This document shows, one piece after another, positions 1 to 33,378 of a DNA stretch of 64,000 nt. The position numbers and the translations under genes are program-made. Under the pieces are notes generated by a model. The model searched no databases, had not been told where the DNA came from, and saw only the letters and a list, made by a program, of their open reading frames with translations. Source of the DNA: Octopus vulgaris. Taxonomy: Eukaryota. The stretch is taken from NCBI GenBank assembly GCA_951406725.2, contig OX597834.1:41850001-41914000 (forward strand), given 5' to 3'. How positions within the stretch are numbered: position 1 is the first letter of the stretch; each line of letters starts with the position of its first letter.

Positions 1-258
1 GGCGACGCGTTGTGTCCTTGAGCAAGACACTTTATTTCACGTTGCTCCAGTCCACTCAGCTGGCAAAAATGAGTAGTTCCTGTATTTCAAAGGGCCAACC
101 TTATCACATTCTGTGTCACACTGAATCACCCTGAGAAGTACATTAAGGGTACACGTGTACACTGTTGGGTGCTCAGCCACTTGCACGTTTAATTTCATGA
201 GTAGTAGGCTGTTCCATTCATCATATTAACTGGAACCCTCATCATCGTAACCAGTGGA
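1..258 (+). mobile_element. CORE/MIR-like SINE fragment; inverted homolog at about 27995-28265
   Basis: tgtgtccttgagcaagacacttt...ccactcagctggcaaaaatg; the body is shared with the reverse complement of the 28.0-28.26 kb copy. Confidence 0.7.
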
Positions 259-472
259 GTATAGTGGGTGCTTTTTTTACATACCACCAGCATAGGGGTC
301 AGGGAGGGCTGGCATCAACTATGATCGGATGGTGCTTTTTACGTGCCACTAGCATGGGGACCACAACTACAATTTCCATTTGATTTGATTTGATTTTAAT
401 TTTGATGTTGATGCACTTGACTCAATAGGTCTCCTCAAGCAGGGCATGTTGCCCTACAATCCAATATAGTTT

Positions 473-985
473 TTGAGTGGGCTGGTTATGCGACACTGGT
501 GTAGGTTACAGCTGTTGAACTCACTTTCCTTGCCAGGTCTTCTCAGTCACAGCATATCTCCAGAGGTCTTAATCTTTCGTCATTGCCTCTGTGAGGCCCA
601 ACGTTCAAAGGTCATGCTTCACCACCTCATGCCATGTCTTCCTGGGTCTCCCTCTACCCCGGATTCCTTCCACTTCACACATCTCTCCTCATCCATCCGC
701 AGTACATGACCATACCAACGCAAATGTCTCTCTTGCATGCCACGTCCGATGCTTCTTATGTCCAACATTTCTCTCAGGGCACTTACATTCTGTCGTGTGT
801 GCACACTGATGTTACACATCCAGCGGATCATGCTAGCTTCATTTCTTTCGCACCTACACAGGTCTTCAACAGTCATGGCCCGTGTTTCACTGCCAAGAAG
901 CATGGCGGTTCGCACACATGCATCATACAATCTACCTTTCACTCTGAGCAAGATGTCCTTTATCACTGTAACTGCAGGAGTGTTT
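473..985 (-). mobile_element. RTE-clade LINE reverse transcriptase C-terminal fragment (decayed)
   Basis: ORF 619..993 reads LRVKGRLYDACVRTAMLLGSET...RNEASMIRWM...LRWYGHVLRMDEERCVK, followed by a frameshifted GRP(R/K)KTW segment. Confidence 0.85.
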
Positions 986-1052
986 GCTTTCATTTTATGT
1001 TTGCCATTCAGCAGAGAGAACTCAAGCTGCCATTTATCTTCCTTTCTTGCAG

Positions 1053-20295
<19,243 letters not shown>

Positions 20296-21744
20296 ATGGA
20301 TGAAAGCCACAGTGCAGCATTTCAAACTAAACCACTCACTGCTTACATTATTTATTAACTAATTTCATTCAATTTGTTTTATTCCACTTTTTAAATTTTA
20401 TTTTATTTTATTTTATTTATTTTTTTTGGCAGAATCATATTACATGGCAAATGTTTTGAAGTATCTGTTCCTGGTCTGTATGTTCTGAGTTCAAGCCCTA
20501 TCAAGGTTACCTTTACTTTTCCAGGATTGATAAAATGAAGTACCAGTCAAGTACTGCAACTAAATGCTGTCAACTAACCCCCACCCACCACCCCACTTCA
20601 CCCCTAAAATTGTTAGCTTTGTTCCTAAATGAAATACCCTGGCAGAATCATTAGAGCCATGAAAAGAATGTCTGTGGTATTTCTTCTGGCCCTTTAAATT
20701 CTGAATTCAAATCCCTCTGAGTTTGACATAACCTCCTGGGTCAATAAAATAATTGGATCAAGTACCAGGGTCACGGATATCGACTAACCCTAACTCCCTT
20801 CAAAATCGCGATCCTTATACCTATATTAGGAGTTCACTGGAACTCCTGGAGTCTTGCACGCATAGCAAGCTTGCTTCCTACAGCCTATGATACCATTCTA
20901 TCTGTTCTCTTCAACTATCTAAAACTTTCCCAATGACTCTGGCCATGATGCCTTCTGATACTGTCCCCAGAGACCCAACAATAATTGGCATCATCTTCAC
21001 CTTCTTCATTTTTCTCAATCAAGTTATCTCGTATTTAAGAAGATTGTATATGTCTGTTTTTTCGCCAAGAATCGTTAGCAAGCTGGGCAAATGTTTTGTG
21101 GCATTTTGTCCATTTTTACATTCTGTGTTCAAATTCCACCAGAGTCAACTGTCTTTCATCCTTTTGGGGTCGATAAAATAAGTACCAGTCAAGTACTGGG
21201 ATCAATGTAATCAACTAGTCCCCTCCCTTGAAATTTCAGGCCCCTGTTCCTATAGAAGAAAAGATTGTTATTATTATTAAGGCAGTAAATTGGTGAGATA
21301 TGCTCTACAGTAACTTTCTGGTTCTGTACATTCTGAGTTCAGTTCCTGCCAAAGTCGACTTTGCCTTTAAGCCCTTTTTAAGTCAATAAAATAAAGTACT
21401 AATCAATTACTGGGGTCAAGGTAATCACCCTTCAAAATTATTGGTCCTGTATGCAAATTAGAAATAAAGGTTAGACATAACTTATAGATCAGTGATGCCT
21501 TATAGACTAATAAGTTTAATAACTTGGTTTTGAAAGACCTCCATGTTACAAATGAGAGGGTTTTGTCCTATGCGATGCAGTCCATATCATAAAGTAGAAC
21601 AGGGTATAGAAACTCATAGAACTTCTTCCTCTGTGTATCAGATTTTTTGGTATAGTAAGGTGTTACTTATATTTCTTATAGCTTTGCAAAAAGCATAATT
21701 ATCAACTGCTCTACACAATATGTAATATTATTCCCTGCTCAGAA

Positions 21745-22152
21745 AGTGGTGAGCTGGCAGAATCGTTAGCACGCCAGGCGAAATGCTTAGCGGTATTTCG
21801 TCTGCTGCTGCGTTCTGAGTTCAAATTCCGCCAAGGTTGACTTTGTCTTTCATCCTTTCGGGGTCGATTAAATAAGTACCAATTACGCACTGGGGTCAAT
21901 ATAATCGACTTAATCCGTTTGTCTGTCCTTGTTTGTCCCCTCTGTGTGTAGCCCCTTGTGGGCAGTAAAGAAATAGGTATTTCATCTGCCGTTACGTTCC
22001 GAGTTCAAATTCCACCGAGGTCGACTTTGCCTTTCATCCTTTCGGAGGTCGATAAATTAAGTACCAGTTACGCACTGGGGTCAATGTAATCGACTTAATG
22101 TCCTTGTTTGTCCCCTCTATGTTTAGCCCCTTGTGGTCAATAAAGAAATAAG
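21745..22152 (+). mobile_element. tRNA-like SINE family B (gcctttcatcctttcggggtcgataaa domain, Nin/Deu-like), tandem dimer; other copies at about 5343-5571(-), 6718-6930, 29700-30118(-), 30725-30955(-), 31445-31660(-), 53155-53306(-), 55124-55268 and 56035-56190
   Basis: Recurrent ggcg.gagctggcagaa...gagttcaaattccgccgaggtcgactttgcctttcatcc...aaagaaata. The domain name is from recollection and unverified. Confidence 0.85.
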
Positions 22153-24299
22153 AATCATTAGCACGCCAGGCAAAATGCTTAGTAGCATTTCGTCTGTCTT
22201 TACATTCTGAGTTCAAATGACACTGGGGTCTACTTCACCTTTCATCTTTTCGGGGTCAATAAAATGAGTACCAGATGAATCCTGGGATCGATGTAATCAA
22301 CTTGTCCCCTACCCAGAAACTGCTGGATTTGTGCTAAAATCTGAAACCATTATTCCCTGTTCTGCCAAACATGAAATACCATGGTTTGTTATTTCAGTCT
22401 TCCTCCTCTTCTGTATTTAAGACATTCAAACTGTTGTGATTTGTATTTCTTGGTAAGATAATTTATATTTTATTGGGTTTTTTTCTCCTCTCTGGAATGT
22501 GGCCATGTGAATGAACCACAATCAAATTTGTATAGTCAATAGTGTCAATTTTTATTTTTATTATTTTTATGTGCCCTTTTCAAGCCTAGCCAGGCTCATG
22601 GGCCCAGTTTCCCAGTTTCTATGGCGTATGTGTTATCCCCAGCTGGACAGGACGCCAGCCCATCACAGCGTTACTCAAGAAACAGGAAGAAAGAGTGAAA
22701 GAAAGTTGGTGCGAAAGAGTACAACAGGGCTTCCCCCCCCCCAACCCCTGCTGGAGCCTCGTGGAGCTTTAGGTGTTTTCACTCAATAAACACACACAAC
22801 GCCCAGTCTGGGAATCGAAACCACGATCCTCCGACCGCGAGTCCGCTGCCCTAAGCACTGGGCCATTACACCTCCACAGTGTCTATTTTACTGCTTATTT
22901 TATCAAATTGTATTTGTGTTTGCAACCACAGAAGGACAAAAGCCACCATGGTCTTGGACAATAGGAATTACACTCAGTGTGTAAATGTGCATGACTAAAT
23001 ACCACAAGGCATTTGTTCAACCCTCAACTGCTTTTTGCCATCCACAAGCTGTGTTTAAAATTTCCTTTACCTACAAAATGTATAACATTTGCAGTGTTTT
23101 TGCTCTACATGATGTACTTACTTACAATATTATCATTTCTGGTTTTCCACCAGGCAAATACCATTACTCATGCTCATTTACTACGTGTGTGTGTGGTGGC
23201 ATCACTTAATTTAAAGACAATAATACACTGATGATTGTACTTCAATTATTTACATTTATTTCATATCTTATGGCTGAAACTATATACTTAACCCTTCAAT
23301 ATTTAAGCTAACCATATCAGGCCCAGATATTCTACTTTTTTGGGTTTTTTTTATGTAAGCACAGGAGTGACTGTATGGTAAGTTGCTTGCTTACCAACCA
23401 CATGGTTCTGGGTTCAGTCCCACTGCATGGCACCTTAGGCAAGTGTCTTCTACTATAGCCTCAGGCTGACCAAAGCCTTGTGAGTGGATTTGCTAGACGG
23501 AAACTGAAAGAAGCCTGTCGTATATATGTGTATATGTATGTGTGTGTGTGTTCTGTGTCTGTGTTTGTCCCCCCAACATCGCTTGACAACCGATGCTGGT
23601 GTGTTTCCATCCCTGTAACTTAGTGGTTCGGTAAAAGAGACCGATAGAATAAGTACTAGGCTTACAAAGAATAAGTCCTGGGGTCGATATGCTCGACTAA
23701 AGGCGGTGCTCCAGCATGGCCGCAGTCAAATGACTGAAACAAGTAAAAGAGAGAAACAACATCAAGATGATGATGATGATGAGCTTATTGTATGTATTGG
23801 CTCAGGTGTATGACAAATGAACAGAAATAATTAGCATTTAATCATTAGTACATTCATCTTTAAACCAAGTGATGCCACTGTGTCTCAGATTACCATTTCT
23901 TATTCCATGGAATATTTAATGCTATCCGTTTTAGATCTGCAAGTTATATCATGTTACCGTTTTTTTTTTTTTCTCTTTCTTTGCATTATACAATATTAAC
24001 CATTTTAGATCCACGTTATAAAGTGTGTTACCATTGTTATTCCATGTGATACATAATATTATCTGATATGCATAACACATCATACCATGTTATAATTTAT
24101 TGCTCCAGGTGAAATAAATGTCAGAGATGCTTTGTTCCATGTAGAAACTGTATGAGCTGCCCAGAGGTTTTGTAAGCTTTTCTAAATCCCTTGCAATACT
24201 AGAAACCCTTTCATATCATCAGCTGGTATATCAAGGGTCACAAACATTTTGCCCCTTAGCCTGTACGCTTCACCTGAGTGGGGCAGCGAGAACTGAGCT

Positions 24300-24430
24300 A
24301 GTCTTCACCTACAGAAGGGTTGGTTCCACTTGTAGTCCCTTCTCAACCATAGCCATCTTGTGCTAGTTTCAGCCGCTGTACCTATTTCCTTGATGGCTCT
24401 CTTCAATTGTCTGGGTTCCAGACATCTACA
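24300..24430 (-). mobile_element. REL-endonuclease (HERO/NeSL-like) retrotransposon 3' fragment
   Basis: The minus strand reads RQLKRAIKEIGTAAETSTRWLWLRRD...*. Confidence 0.5.
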
Positions 24431-25099
24431 GCACACACATTACCGTTACTAATTCTACAACATGTGCATCATTACTATTTTTGGAACCTTAAGATACACC
24501 ATGTTTAAATGTTCCTTCTACAGTGTGTAAGCCTTTGCTATTTCTTGCTCCATGAAATATGTAAATGTTATCATTTGATATTTTACTATATATACATATA
24601 TTTTGATATTTGTAGTTCTATGAAAATAAACTTCTCTGTGATTTCTTACTGAGCCTGATATGCAATATGGTCTCCTGTTCTACAGTGTATGTATTCTGTT
24701 TAGTGCTTTAACTTTTTAGCATTTAAACCGGCCGTATCCAGCCAAAATATTCTACCTGTTTTATGTGCAATCTGGCCAGATCCAGCCTCTCACACATGCC
24801 CTACAATGACATTCTAAAAATATTCTTTACATTTAATAGAAGAATCTGAATGTCGAAAATATGGATGAATTAAGGTGGTGAGCTAGCAGAACCATTAGTG
24901 TGTCAGACAAAATGTTTTCGACTCTTCGTGTTCTGTGTTCAAATCCCGCTGAGGACAACTTTGCCTTTCATCCTCTCGGGATTGGTAAAATCAGTACCAG
25001 TGTCAATGTGATTGATTGTCCTCTCCCTATGGCCTTGCACAAAAGCTAGAAAATAATTCTATTTACTGCTTTACTAGATATATATATGATTACCTGATT

Positions 25100-25862
25100 T
25101 GCACAAGATATGTAATATATTATTCTACAAAACATGTAATATTGATTTTGTGCCCTACAAAATTTTAGTATTATTTTCTGCCCTATTAAACATTAAATAT
25201 TAAGATATGTTTGTCTATAAGATAAGCAATATGATTTAGTATTAATTATTTATTATTTATTTGCTCTACAAAATAAGTATTATCATTTCCTGTTCCTAAT
25301 CTACAAAATGTGTAATATGATTTTATGTTCTACAAAGTATTTGATATGATTTTTGTGTTCTACAAAATGTGTGATATGATTTTCTGTTTCACAAGTTTAT
25401 CTTGTATTATGATTTCCTCCTCTACAAAATTTATCATATGATTTCCTGCTCTACAAAGTGTGTAATGTAACAGTGTTTTCTTTCAACAATATTATGATTT
25501 CTTTCTCTGTAAGATATGTAATATGACTGATATCCTGTTCTGCATGATTTATTATTTAGGATTTACAGCTCTACAAAATATATATAATGATTTTCTGTTT
25601 ACAATGTATGCAATATGATCTTACTGCTCTACAAGAGATGAAAATGTAATTTCTTGCTCTACAAAATGTGTGATATGATTTTCTTTTTTTTTTTTTTTTT
25701 TTTTGCTCTACAATTTACAAAATTTTACAATTTCTTGCTCTACAAGAGATATACTGAGATGTTTTCTTGCTTTAGAAAATATATAATATGACGTTTTGTT
25801 CTACAAATTATGTTATATAATTTCTTCCTCTACAAAATATATAATTTCCTACTCTACAAAAT
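25100..25862. repeat. Degenerate minisatellite, unit about 29 bp
   Basis: Consensus approximately CTCTACAAAATATGTAATATGATTTCCTG, repeated roughly 20-25 times. Confidence 0.8.
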
Positions 25863-25916
25863 GAATCTCTTCTTGTTTTGTTTTATCTTTTCTTTTTACC
25901 AGAGTATACTTTTTTT

Positions 25917-25949
<33 letters not shown>

Positions 25950-28900
25950 TGTGCGTTAGAGAATGATAGCATGTGTGTATGTCTGTGTTATGTTGGCATT
26001 AATATACACACACACTTATACACGGGGAAAATGGACAGTATCGGAAACATAGACATTGCACAGATGTTATTTTATATATACGCAAGAGGCCTTTCGGTAA
26101 TAGGACAGAATTAGTACAAGATAAGAGATGAAAGTTGTCAATATTTAAGGCCTTTTTGCCTATACTGCAGCTTTAAGATATGATAAGTAGTAATGCTAAA
26201 AGGGAACTATATGCGAAAGGACTCAGGAAAAGGATAAAAAGATGGGATAAAATGTATTAAAGACAGAAGGAAAGAAAACACAGAATGGAAAGGGAAAATT
26301 TAAATCGAGGGTCTGAAGTAGTGGCCCAAAAGAATTCTATTGAAAAAGGATTTTGTTGTAATACATAGTTGAAACAAATTCTGGTGTGGAAGAAAACAAA
26401 ATAGAATAATAATATATATAATAATGCTATGTGAAGAAAAAGAAATCTCAGAAGGGGAGGTGTTGTGAAGGAGAGCCCGAGTGAGAGAAGTGGGCTGCTC
26501 CACCACAAATAAATAGTAGACCAACACAAGTGGTGTGAGATGATGAGGTACGCTGTTCGGGCCAGTCACGCAGACAACAAATTACATTATTGTATCGTGA
26601 CATCTCAGTGTTGAGAAAGACACAACACATGATCTCCAGACTCAGCTATATGTCATCGTTATGTTTTCTAGTTATGTGTCTCCCTAACATCAGTAAAGGT
26701 AAGTGCACCATTGTCATTTCAAAAGTGGTCCTCAGCTAGGGTCCATATGACCCCTGGAGGTCCGTATAAGGTTTTTGGGGTCCACACAAGCAAAATAGTA
26801 AATTGAGGATCCTCAGTAGTGTTTTAAGGGTCCATGAAAAAATTTCCCTTTAGATGTATTTATTACAACAAACAGCTTGGTTCCTTTCTCTTTCTGGCCC
26901 CTGAAACGTTCTCTCAAGGAATGTTGTTGCAAACCTACACAAAGGAATCGGTGAAAACCAAAAGAGGAATTTTTTTTAAATGTCTCTATAGGTGTAGCTG
27001 CGTGGTAAGAAGTTTACTTCCCTACCACATGGTTCCAGGTTCAGTTCCATTGTGTATCATCTTGGGCAAGTGTCTTCTACTATAGCCTCGGGCCCTACCA
27101 AAGCCTTGTGAGTGGAAACTGAAGGAAGCACGTCGTATATATATATATATATGTATATATATATAAAATATGTATATATTTGTGTGTTTGTACTTCTACC
27201 ATCGCTTGACATCCGATCTTGGTATGTTTACATCCCCATAACTTAGCAGTTCAGCAAAAGAGACTGATAGAATAAGTGCCAGGCTTACAAAGAATAAGTC
27301 CAGGGGTTGATTTCTTCGACTAACAGGTGGTGCTCCAGCATGGCCACAGTCAAAATAACCAAAATGAGTAAAAGAATAAAAGCTTGTCTCACAACCGTCA
27401 GAGTGCAAAGCACCCCTCCACAAATGCAAGTTCCTGAGATGGTTGAGTAGGAGCCAGAATGAGAAGTATGAAGGCCCACGCTGAATTTGTAAAATGAAAG
27501 AGAAGAATAAAACAAATTACAAGAGGGTCTGCATGCCACACTCGACACCACTATCATGCAGCTTTGGTGCAATTTCCTGGTTTTTAAATATTGTGTCTGT
27601 CAGAATGAAACGGTAATCAAAGGGGTCCATATGTAAAAAATGTTTGAGAACTGAGAGCAAAGTGAGTTGTGCTCAGAGACATCACCAGCAAAGGGAAAGT
27701 TGGCCACGAGTCCAGCAAGGAATTTAACAAGCAGTTAGGTGTTCATCACAACTCACTTGTCAACCCCAGCACTTCATGTTTGTTATAGTTTTCCAGGCCA
27801 TAACAGAAAAGCATAAGACTATCCTACTGGCTCTATGTTCAATCTGGCCATATTTGGCTTCTTACGCCTATCCTAGAATGGCATTCTAGAAATAAGCAAT
27901 CACATCATTGAAATCTTGAGGCTGCAAAATAATGATAGAGTAATCTGAATGCTGAAAGGTTAAATCAGCTCTAGTATTTGATTGGAATTTTAATGGAACA
28001 GCCTGATCGTGAAATTAACGAGCAAATGGCTGACCACTCCACAGACACGTGTACCCTTAACGTAGTTCTCAGGGAGATTCAGCGTGACAAATAGTGTGAC
28101 AAGGCTGGCCTGTTTGAAATAGAGGTACGATGCATTTTTGCCAGCTGAGTGGACTGAAGCAATGTGAAATAAAGTGGTCTGCTCAAGGACATATACTGCT
28201 ACAAGGAATCGACAATACGATCATGAGCTGCATAGCCTAACCACTAAGCCATGCACCTTCACCAGAAGTTGTCTAAGACGCTGCTCCTGCTCTGGTACGG
28301 TATTATTTGTTACATAAACTATTGAGTTCAAGTATAGATTCCAGCGTCGCCTTACTGGCACTCAAGCCCCGTGCTAGTAGGATATTAAGAGTAGCATCCG
28401 AGCGTGATCGTTGCCAGAGCAGCTATCTGGCCTCCGTGCCGGTGGCATGTGAAAGACACCATTCGAGCGTGATCGTTACCAGCATCGCCTTACTGGCACC
28501 TGTGCCGGTAGCATGTGTAAAAGGTTCGAGCGAGGTCGTTTGCCAGTACCGGCTGACTGGCCCCGTGCCGGTGGCACGTAAAATGCACCCACTACACTCT
28601 CGTAGTGGTTGGCATTAGGAAGGGCATCCAGCTGTAGAAACTCTGCCAGATCAAGATTGAAGCCTGGTGTGGCTGTCTGGTTCGCCAACCCTCAGTCAAA
28701 ATCGTCCAACCCATGACAGCATGGAAAGCGGATGTTAAACGATAACGATGATGATGATGATTGTTTACCTGATTTTGTTTGACACAACATTGGTGATAAT
28801 ATGCTACCACCAGAGTATTTAATGCTTGGGTGAAGTTGAAGTCAACCAGTAGAAGATGAACATTAGTATATTAGCAGAAACCAATAATGGAATTGAAGAG

Positions 28901-31120
28901 ACAACATCATATTAAGGAATTTAAATAAAGATCTTTATTTATTAGAGATCCAAAAAAAAAAAAATGTTTCAGTTTAAAAAAAAATATTTAAACTATGTCT
29001 CACAAATTTAATAAACCTGTTTAACCATTTTTTATCTTGTGTCTGGGACAGAGATAGATTTGCCAGGTCTTCAAATCTACAAGCAATCAAAATGGAATGA
29101 ACAACATTTTTTTTTAAGTCTGTTTTTTTTTTTCCTTTTGATTCTGCTAAAATGCTTGTATAAAATAAACGATAAAACATTCGATAAATACTCGCCAGAT
29201 TTACATCATACATACGTACATACATGCTAAATAACAAAAAAAAAAAAATTTAGCCACTACACAGTTACTCAAACTGCTAAAAATACCGACCAAATCTCCC
29301 TCAAATGACACACTATTTAATTGCCTTTAATCTGGGAGGACAATGTGAATGATGTCTTCCTAGATATACTAATGCTTTAACAAAAATAAATAGATGTATA
29401 AATAACAAGATGACCACGGCTGGAATACTTTATATAATAAGTCCGTCTGCTGGATCAGGTCTGACCGAGAGCTAAACAACAATACAACACAACAAAGATA
29501 TAAAACAGTAAAAAAGAATTTTTTTGAAAACAAAACACCAACATAACTGACAAGATAGCAAATAAAATAAAACAAATGTAAATCAGATAACAATTCTCTT
29601 CAGAAATTGGTGCTCGACCAAAATATTGTGGAGAAGGAAAGAGGGAGTGAAAGATGAAGAAGTGGCAGAGGTGACTGAATCAGGCCTAAAATATATGTTT
29701 GTTTACTACCCACAAGGGGCTAAACATAGAGGGGACAAACAAGGACAGACAAACGGATTAAGTCGATTACATCAACCCCAGTGTGTAACTGGTACTTAAT
29801 TTATCGACCCCGAAAGGATGAAAGGCAAAGTCAACTTCGGTGGAATTTGAACTCAGAATGTAGCGACGGGTGAAATACCTATTTCTTTTATTACCCACAA
29901 GGGGCTAAACATAGAGGGGACAAACAAGGACAGACATAGGTATTAAGTCGATTACATCGACCCCAATGCGTAACTGGTACTTATTTAATTGACCCCAAAA
30001 GGAAGGATGAAAGGCAAAGTTGACCTCGGCGGAATTTGAACTCACAACGTAACGGCAGACAAAATACTGCAAAGCATTTCGCCCGGCGTGCTAACGTTTC
30101 TGCCAGCTCGCCGCCTTTCAAGCCTAAAATATATTATTGTCATACATACACTCTCCCAGCAGGGGATTATGGTTAAAAACATGACACTGGTGGGTTTTGA
30201 ACCTGTATCATCATATTCAAATGTGCAGATCCATGCAGAACAATGTTCTGTTGCTTCAGGCGACTGATGACTCGTTCACACCTCTACCACTACCATCACA
30301 CTCCGGCGTATTATACATTTATTGCAAGGAGGGATAGGGGAAGGATTTCCTAAGCTAATTACAAAAGCCTTACACTTTATTCCCAAAGAATGGGGACAAA
30401 TGGAATTTGTGCCTTTTGTATTTTCCTCATTACCTACAACGGTCATCATCATCATCATCATCATCATCAAGGTGGGAAGCTGGTAGAATTGCTAGCATAC
30501 TGGACAAAGATAAAATCCTTGCTGGCTTTTTATCTATCTTTATGTTCTGGGTTCAACTTCCACTAAGGTTGACTTTGACTTTCATCCTTTGAGGGGCCTG
30601 ATAAAAATAAGCATTGGCTGAGCACTACCGCCCTCCTCGAAATTTCTCGGCTTGTGCCAAAATATGAAACTATAATTATTATTATCATTATTGTGGTTGT
30701 TAAAGAAATCATTATTATTATTTATTTCTTTATTACCCACAAGGGACTAAACATAGAGGGGACAAACAAGGACAGACAAACGGATTAAGTCGATTACGTA
30801 GACCCCAGTGTGTAACTGGTACTTTATTTATCGACCCCGAAAGGATGAAAGGCAAAGTCGACCTCGGCGGAATTTGAACTCAGAACGTAACGACAGATGA
30901 AATACCACTAAGCATTTCGCCTGGCGCGCTAACGTTTCTGCCAGCTCACCGCCTTATTATTATTATTATTGTTATCCTCTTCTTTCAATTTTGTTTCCAT
31001 TTCTTGCCGAGTGTCTTCCCAACACCTAGGGCAAAGAAACACCGTACACATTAGTAGACCATTTAAAATAAGCACACCAGATTGTTTGTTTACAAAGTAA
31101 TATGATTATTATTTATTTCT

Positions 31121-31155
<35 letters not shown>

Positions 31156-32830
31156 TAGTCTTAGGGCAGAAAGTTGCCAGTGTCCTTTCATCTGTCTTTA
31201 CGTTCTGAGTTTAAATTCCGCTGAGGTCAACCTTGCCTTTCGTCCTTTCAGGGGTTCAATGAAATAAGGACCAGTCGAGCACTGGGGTCAATGTAACTGA
31301 CTAGCCCCCGTCCCTAAAATTTCAGGCCTAGTGCCTATAGTAGAAAAAGGATTATCATTATTAGTCGAAATGAAGCTAAGCATTTCACCTGGCGTGCTAA
31401 CGATTCTGTCAGCTCACTACCTTAATAATAATAATAATAATAATGGTTTCAAATTTTGCCACAAGGGCAGTAATTTGGGGGGAGGGGATTATTAGTTGAT
31501 TACGTTGACCCCAGTGTTCAACTGGTACTTATTTTATCGACCCTGAAAGGATGAAAGACAAAGTCGACCTCGGCAGAATTTGAACTCAGAATGTAGCAAC
31601 AGGTGAAATATCACTAAGCATTTCATCCAGCGTGCTAACGATTCTGCCAGCTCACTGCCTCAATAGTAATAACAATAATATATTTTTTTCTCTTATTTCG
31701 AAGAGAGAGGTTTAGTTGATACAATCAACTCTTGTACGTGACTGGTGCTTTATTTTATCAACCCCAGAGAGATGAGAGGCAAAGTTGACCTCAGTGGGAT
31801 TTGAACTCAGAACGTTAAATTGTAACTAATTATTGCAAAGCATTTTGTTGAATGCTTATGCCATTCTCCCAGAATCTGATCAGAATAATAATAATAACAA
31901 TGATAATAATAACAATAATAATGATGATGATGATGATGATGATAATATTGTACCATTCCTGATAACCTATCTTCCACAAAATATGATACTGATTACATTA
32001 AAAAAAAATAATAAAAATACAAAAAAAAACAATTAAAAAAATATTTGGAAATGTGGAGTTTTTATGTCTTTTTTTTTTAGTTCTTTTTTTTTTTTTTTTT
32101 GCATTTTCAAGATATGGAATGAGTTTTGTCCTGTTCTTCATGGAAGTGATGGCATAGAATGGAGAATAAAAAAAAAAATTGTTGTAAAAGAAGAAAATAA
32201 CAAATTTTTTTTTTTTCAATAAAAAACAAAAAAAAAAAAATCCCATCTTATCTTATATAATATTTGGAAGAAAATAAGAAAATGGCCCTGATGAGATTAA
32301 TTTTTAACTGCATCACATCCACTTTTTCCAGACAAGCATGGGTTGGATGAGTTCACAAATTTGTACATTGAAATATTATTGAATGAAAGATATTTTTCAC
32401 AACTGGTTATCAGCCCACTTCCTATTGCTGTTATCAATTATAGCAAGTCAATACCTAAGGGGCAGGGGACGAATGAGGGAGCAACACAACACAATGAATG
32501 AAGAAAGACAATGAAATGTAAGAATTCTGTGTTTGTTTAACAGGGGTTTTTTTTTTTTTTTGAGTTTTTTCTTCTTTTTTTTTCACAACGTTTAGCTTTT
32601 TTTTTCTTTGTTTTGTTGTTCTTGCACCAAAACCCAAGAACCACGATGAGAGAAATATAAAAATTTCTTCAGATTCTGAGTTTAAAAAATCAACTTAATT
32701 TCACAGGTAATTTAATAAACAACTGCAATACATACATACATACATACATACGTATATATATATATATATATATATGTGTGTATGTGTACACACACACATG
32801 TATATATGTAACAATGTGTATGTATATATA

Positions 32831-32861
<31 letters not shown>

Positions 32862-33257
32862 GTATACATATATATATCAGTTTTCATCACAAATCTATCA
32901 CTTTTGTAATTTTGTTTTTATATTGTTGTTGTTGTTGTTGTGTGTTGTAGATTTTTCTGTAGCTGATAAAATCCGATACTACACTAAGAGACTGAGAGGG
33001 GGGAGGGGGCATCTGGACAAGTTGTGTTTTGCATTTAGCCCGGCTCTCCATATGACGACCCCCCCGTTGGCATTAAGGAAGGAATTTGGTGGCAAATCCT
33101 TCTGTAGGACCACCATGGTATTTGAAGTGGGTTGGTGGTGGAGGTGAATATGAGGTCAAGAACAGGGTCAAAGTCAGAGGCGGGTGAGGGGACTGGGGGT
33201 GGAGGTGGGGGAAGGGTTTGGGGTCCATCGGTTGCAGATGTTGAGCTGAAGAATTTT

Positions 33258-33378
33258 CTATTTTGGTAGAGTCTGAAGTGAATTGACTATCTCTGGATTC
33301 TTTTCTATGTGGTCAATTAAAGTGTCGGTCATTTCTACGTCCTGTCGAGCTTTCTGAATCATCTCAGTCCGGTCAGCT
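33258..33378 (-). CDS. CACFD1: flower last coding exon ([13 protein letters not shown]...LQTLPK*)
   Basis: ttttctgtttcag acceptor, phase 2, TAG stop. Confidence 0.88.

Noticed and set aside
25100-25862. CRISPR-like periodic array
   Set aside because: Units are degenerate tandem copies without unique spacers, there are no cas genes, and the context is eukaryotic.
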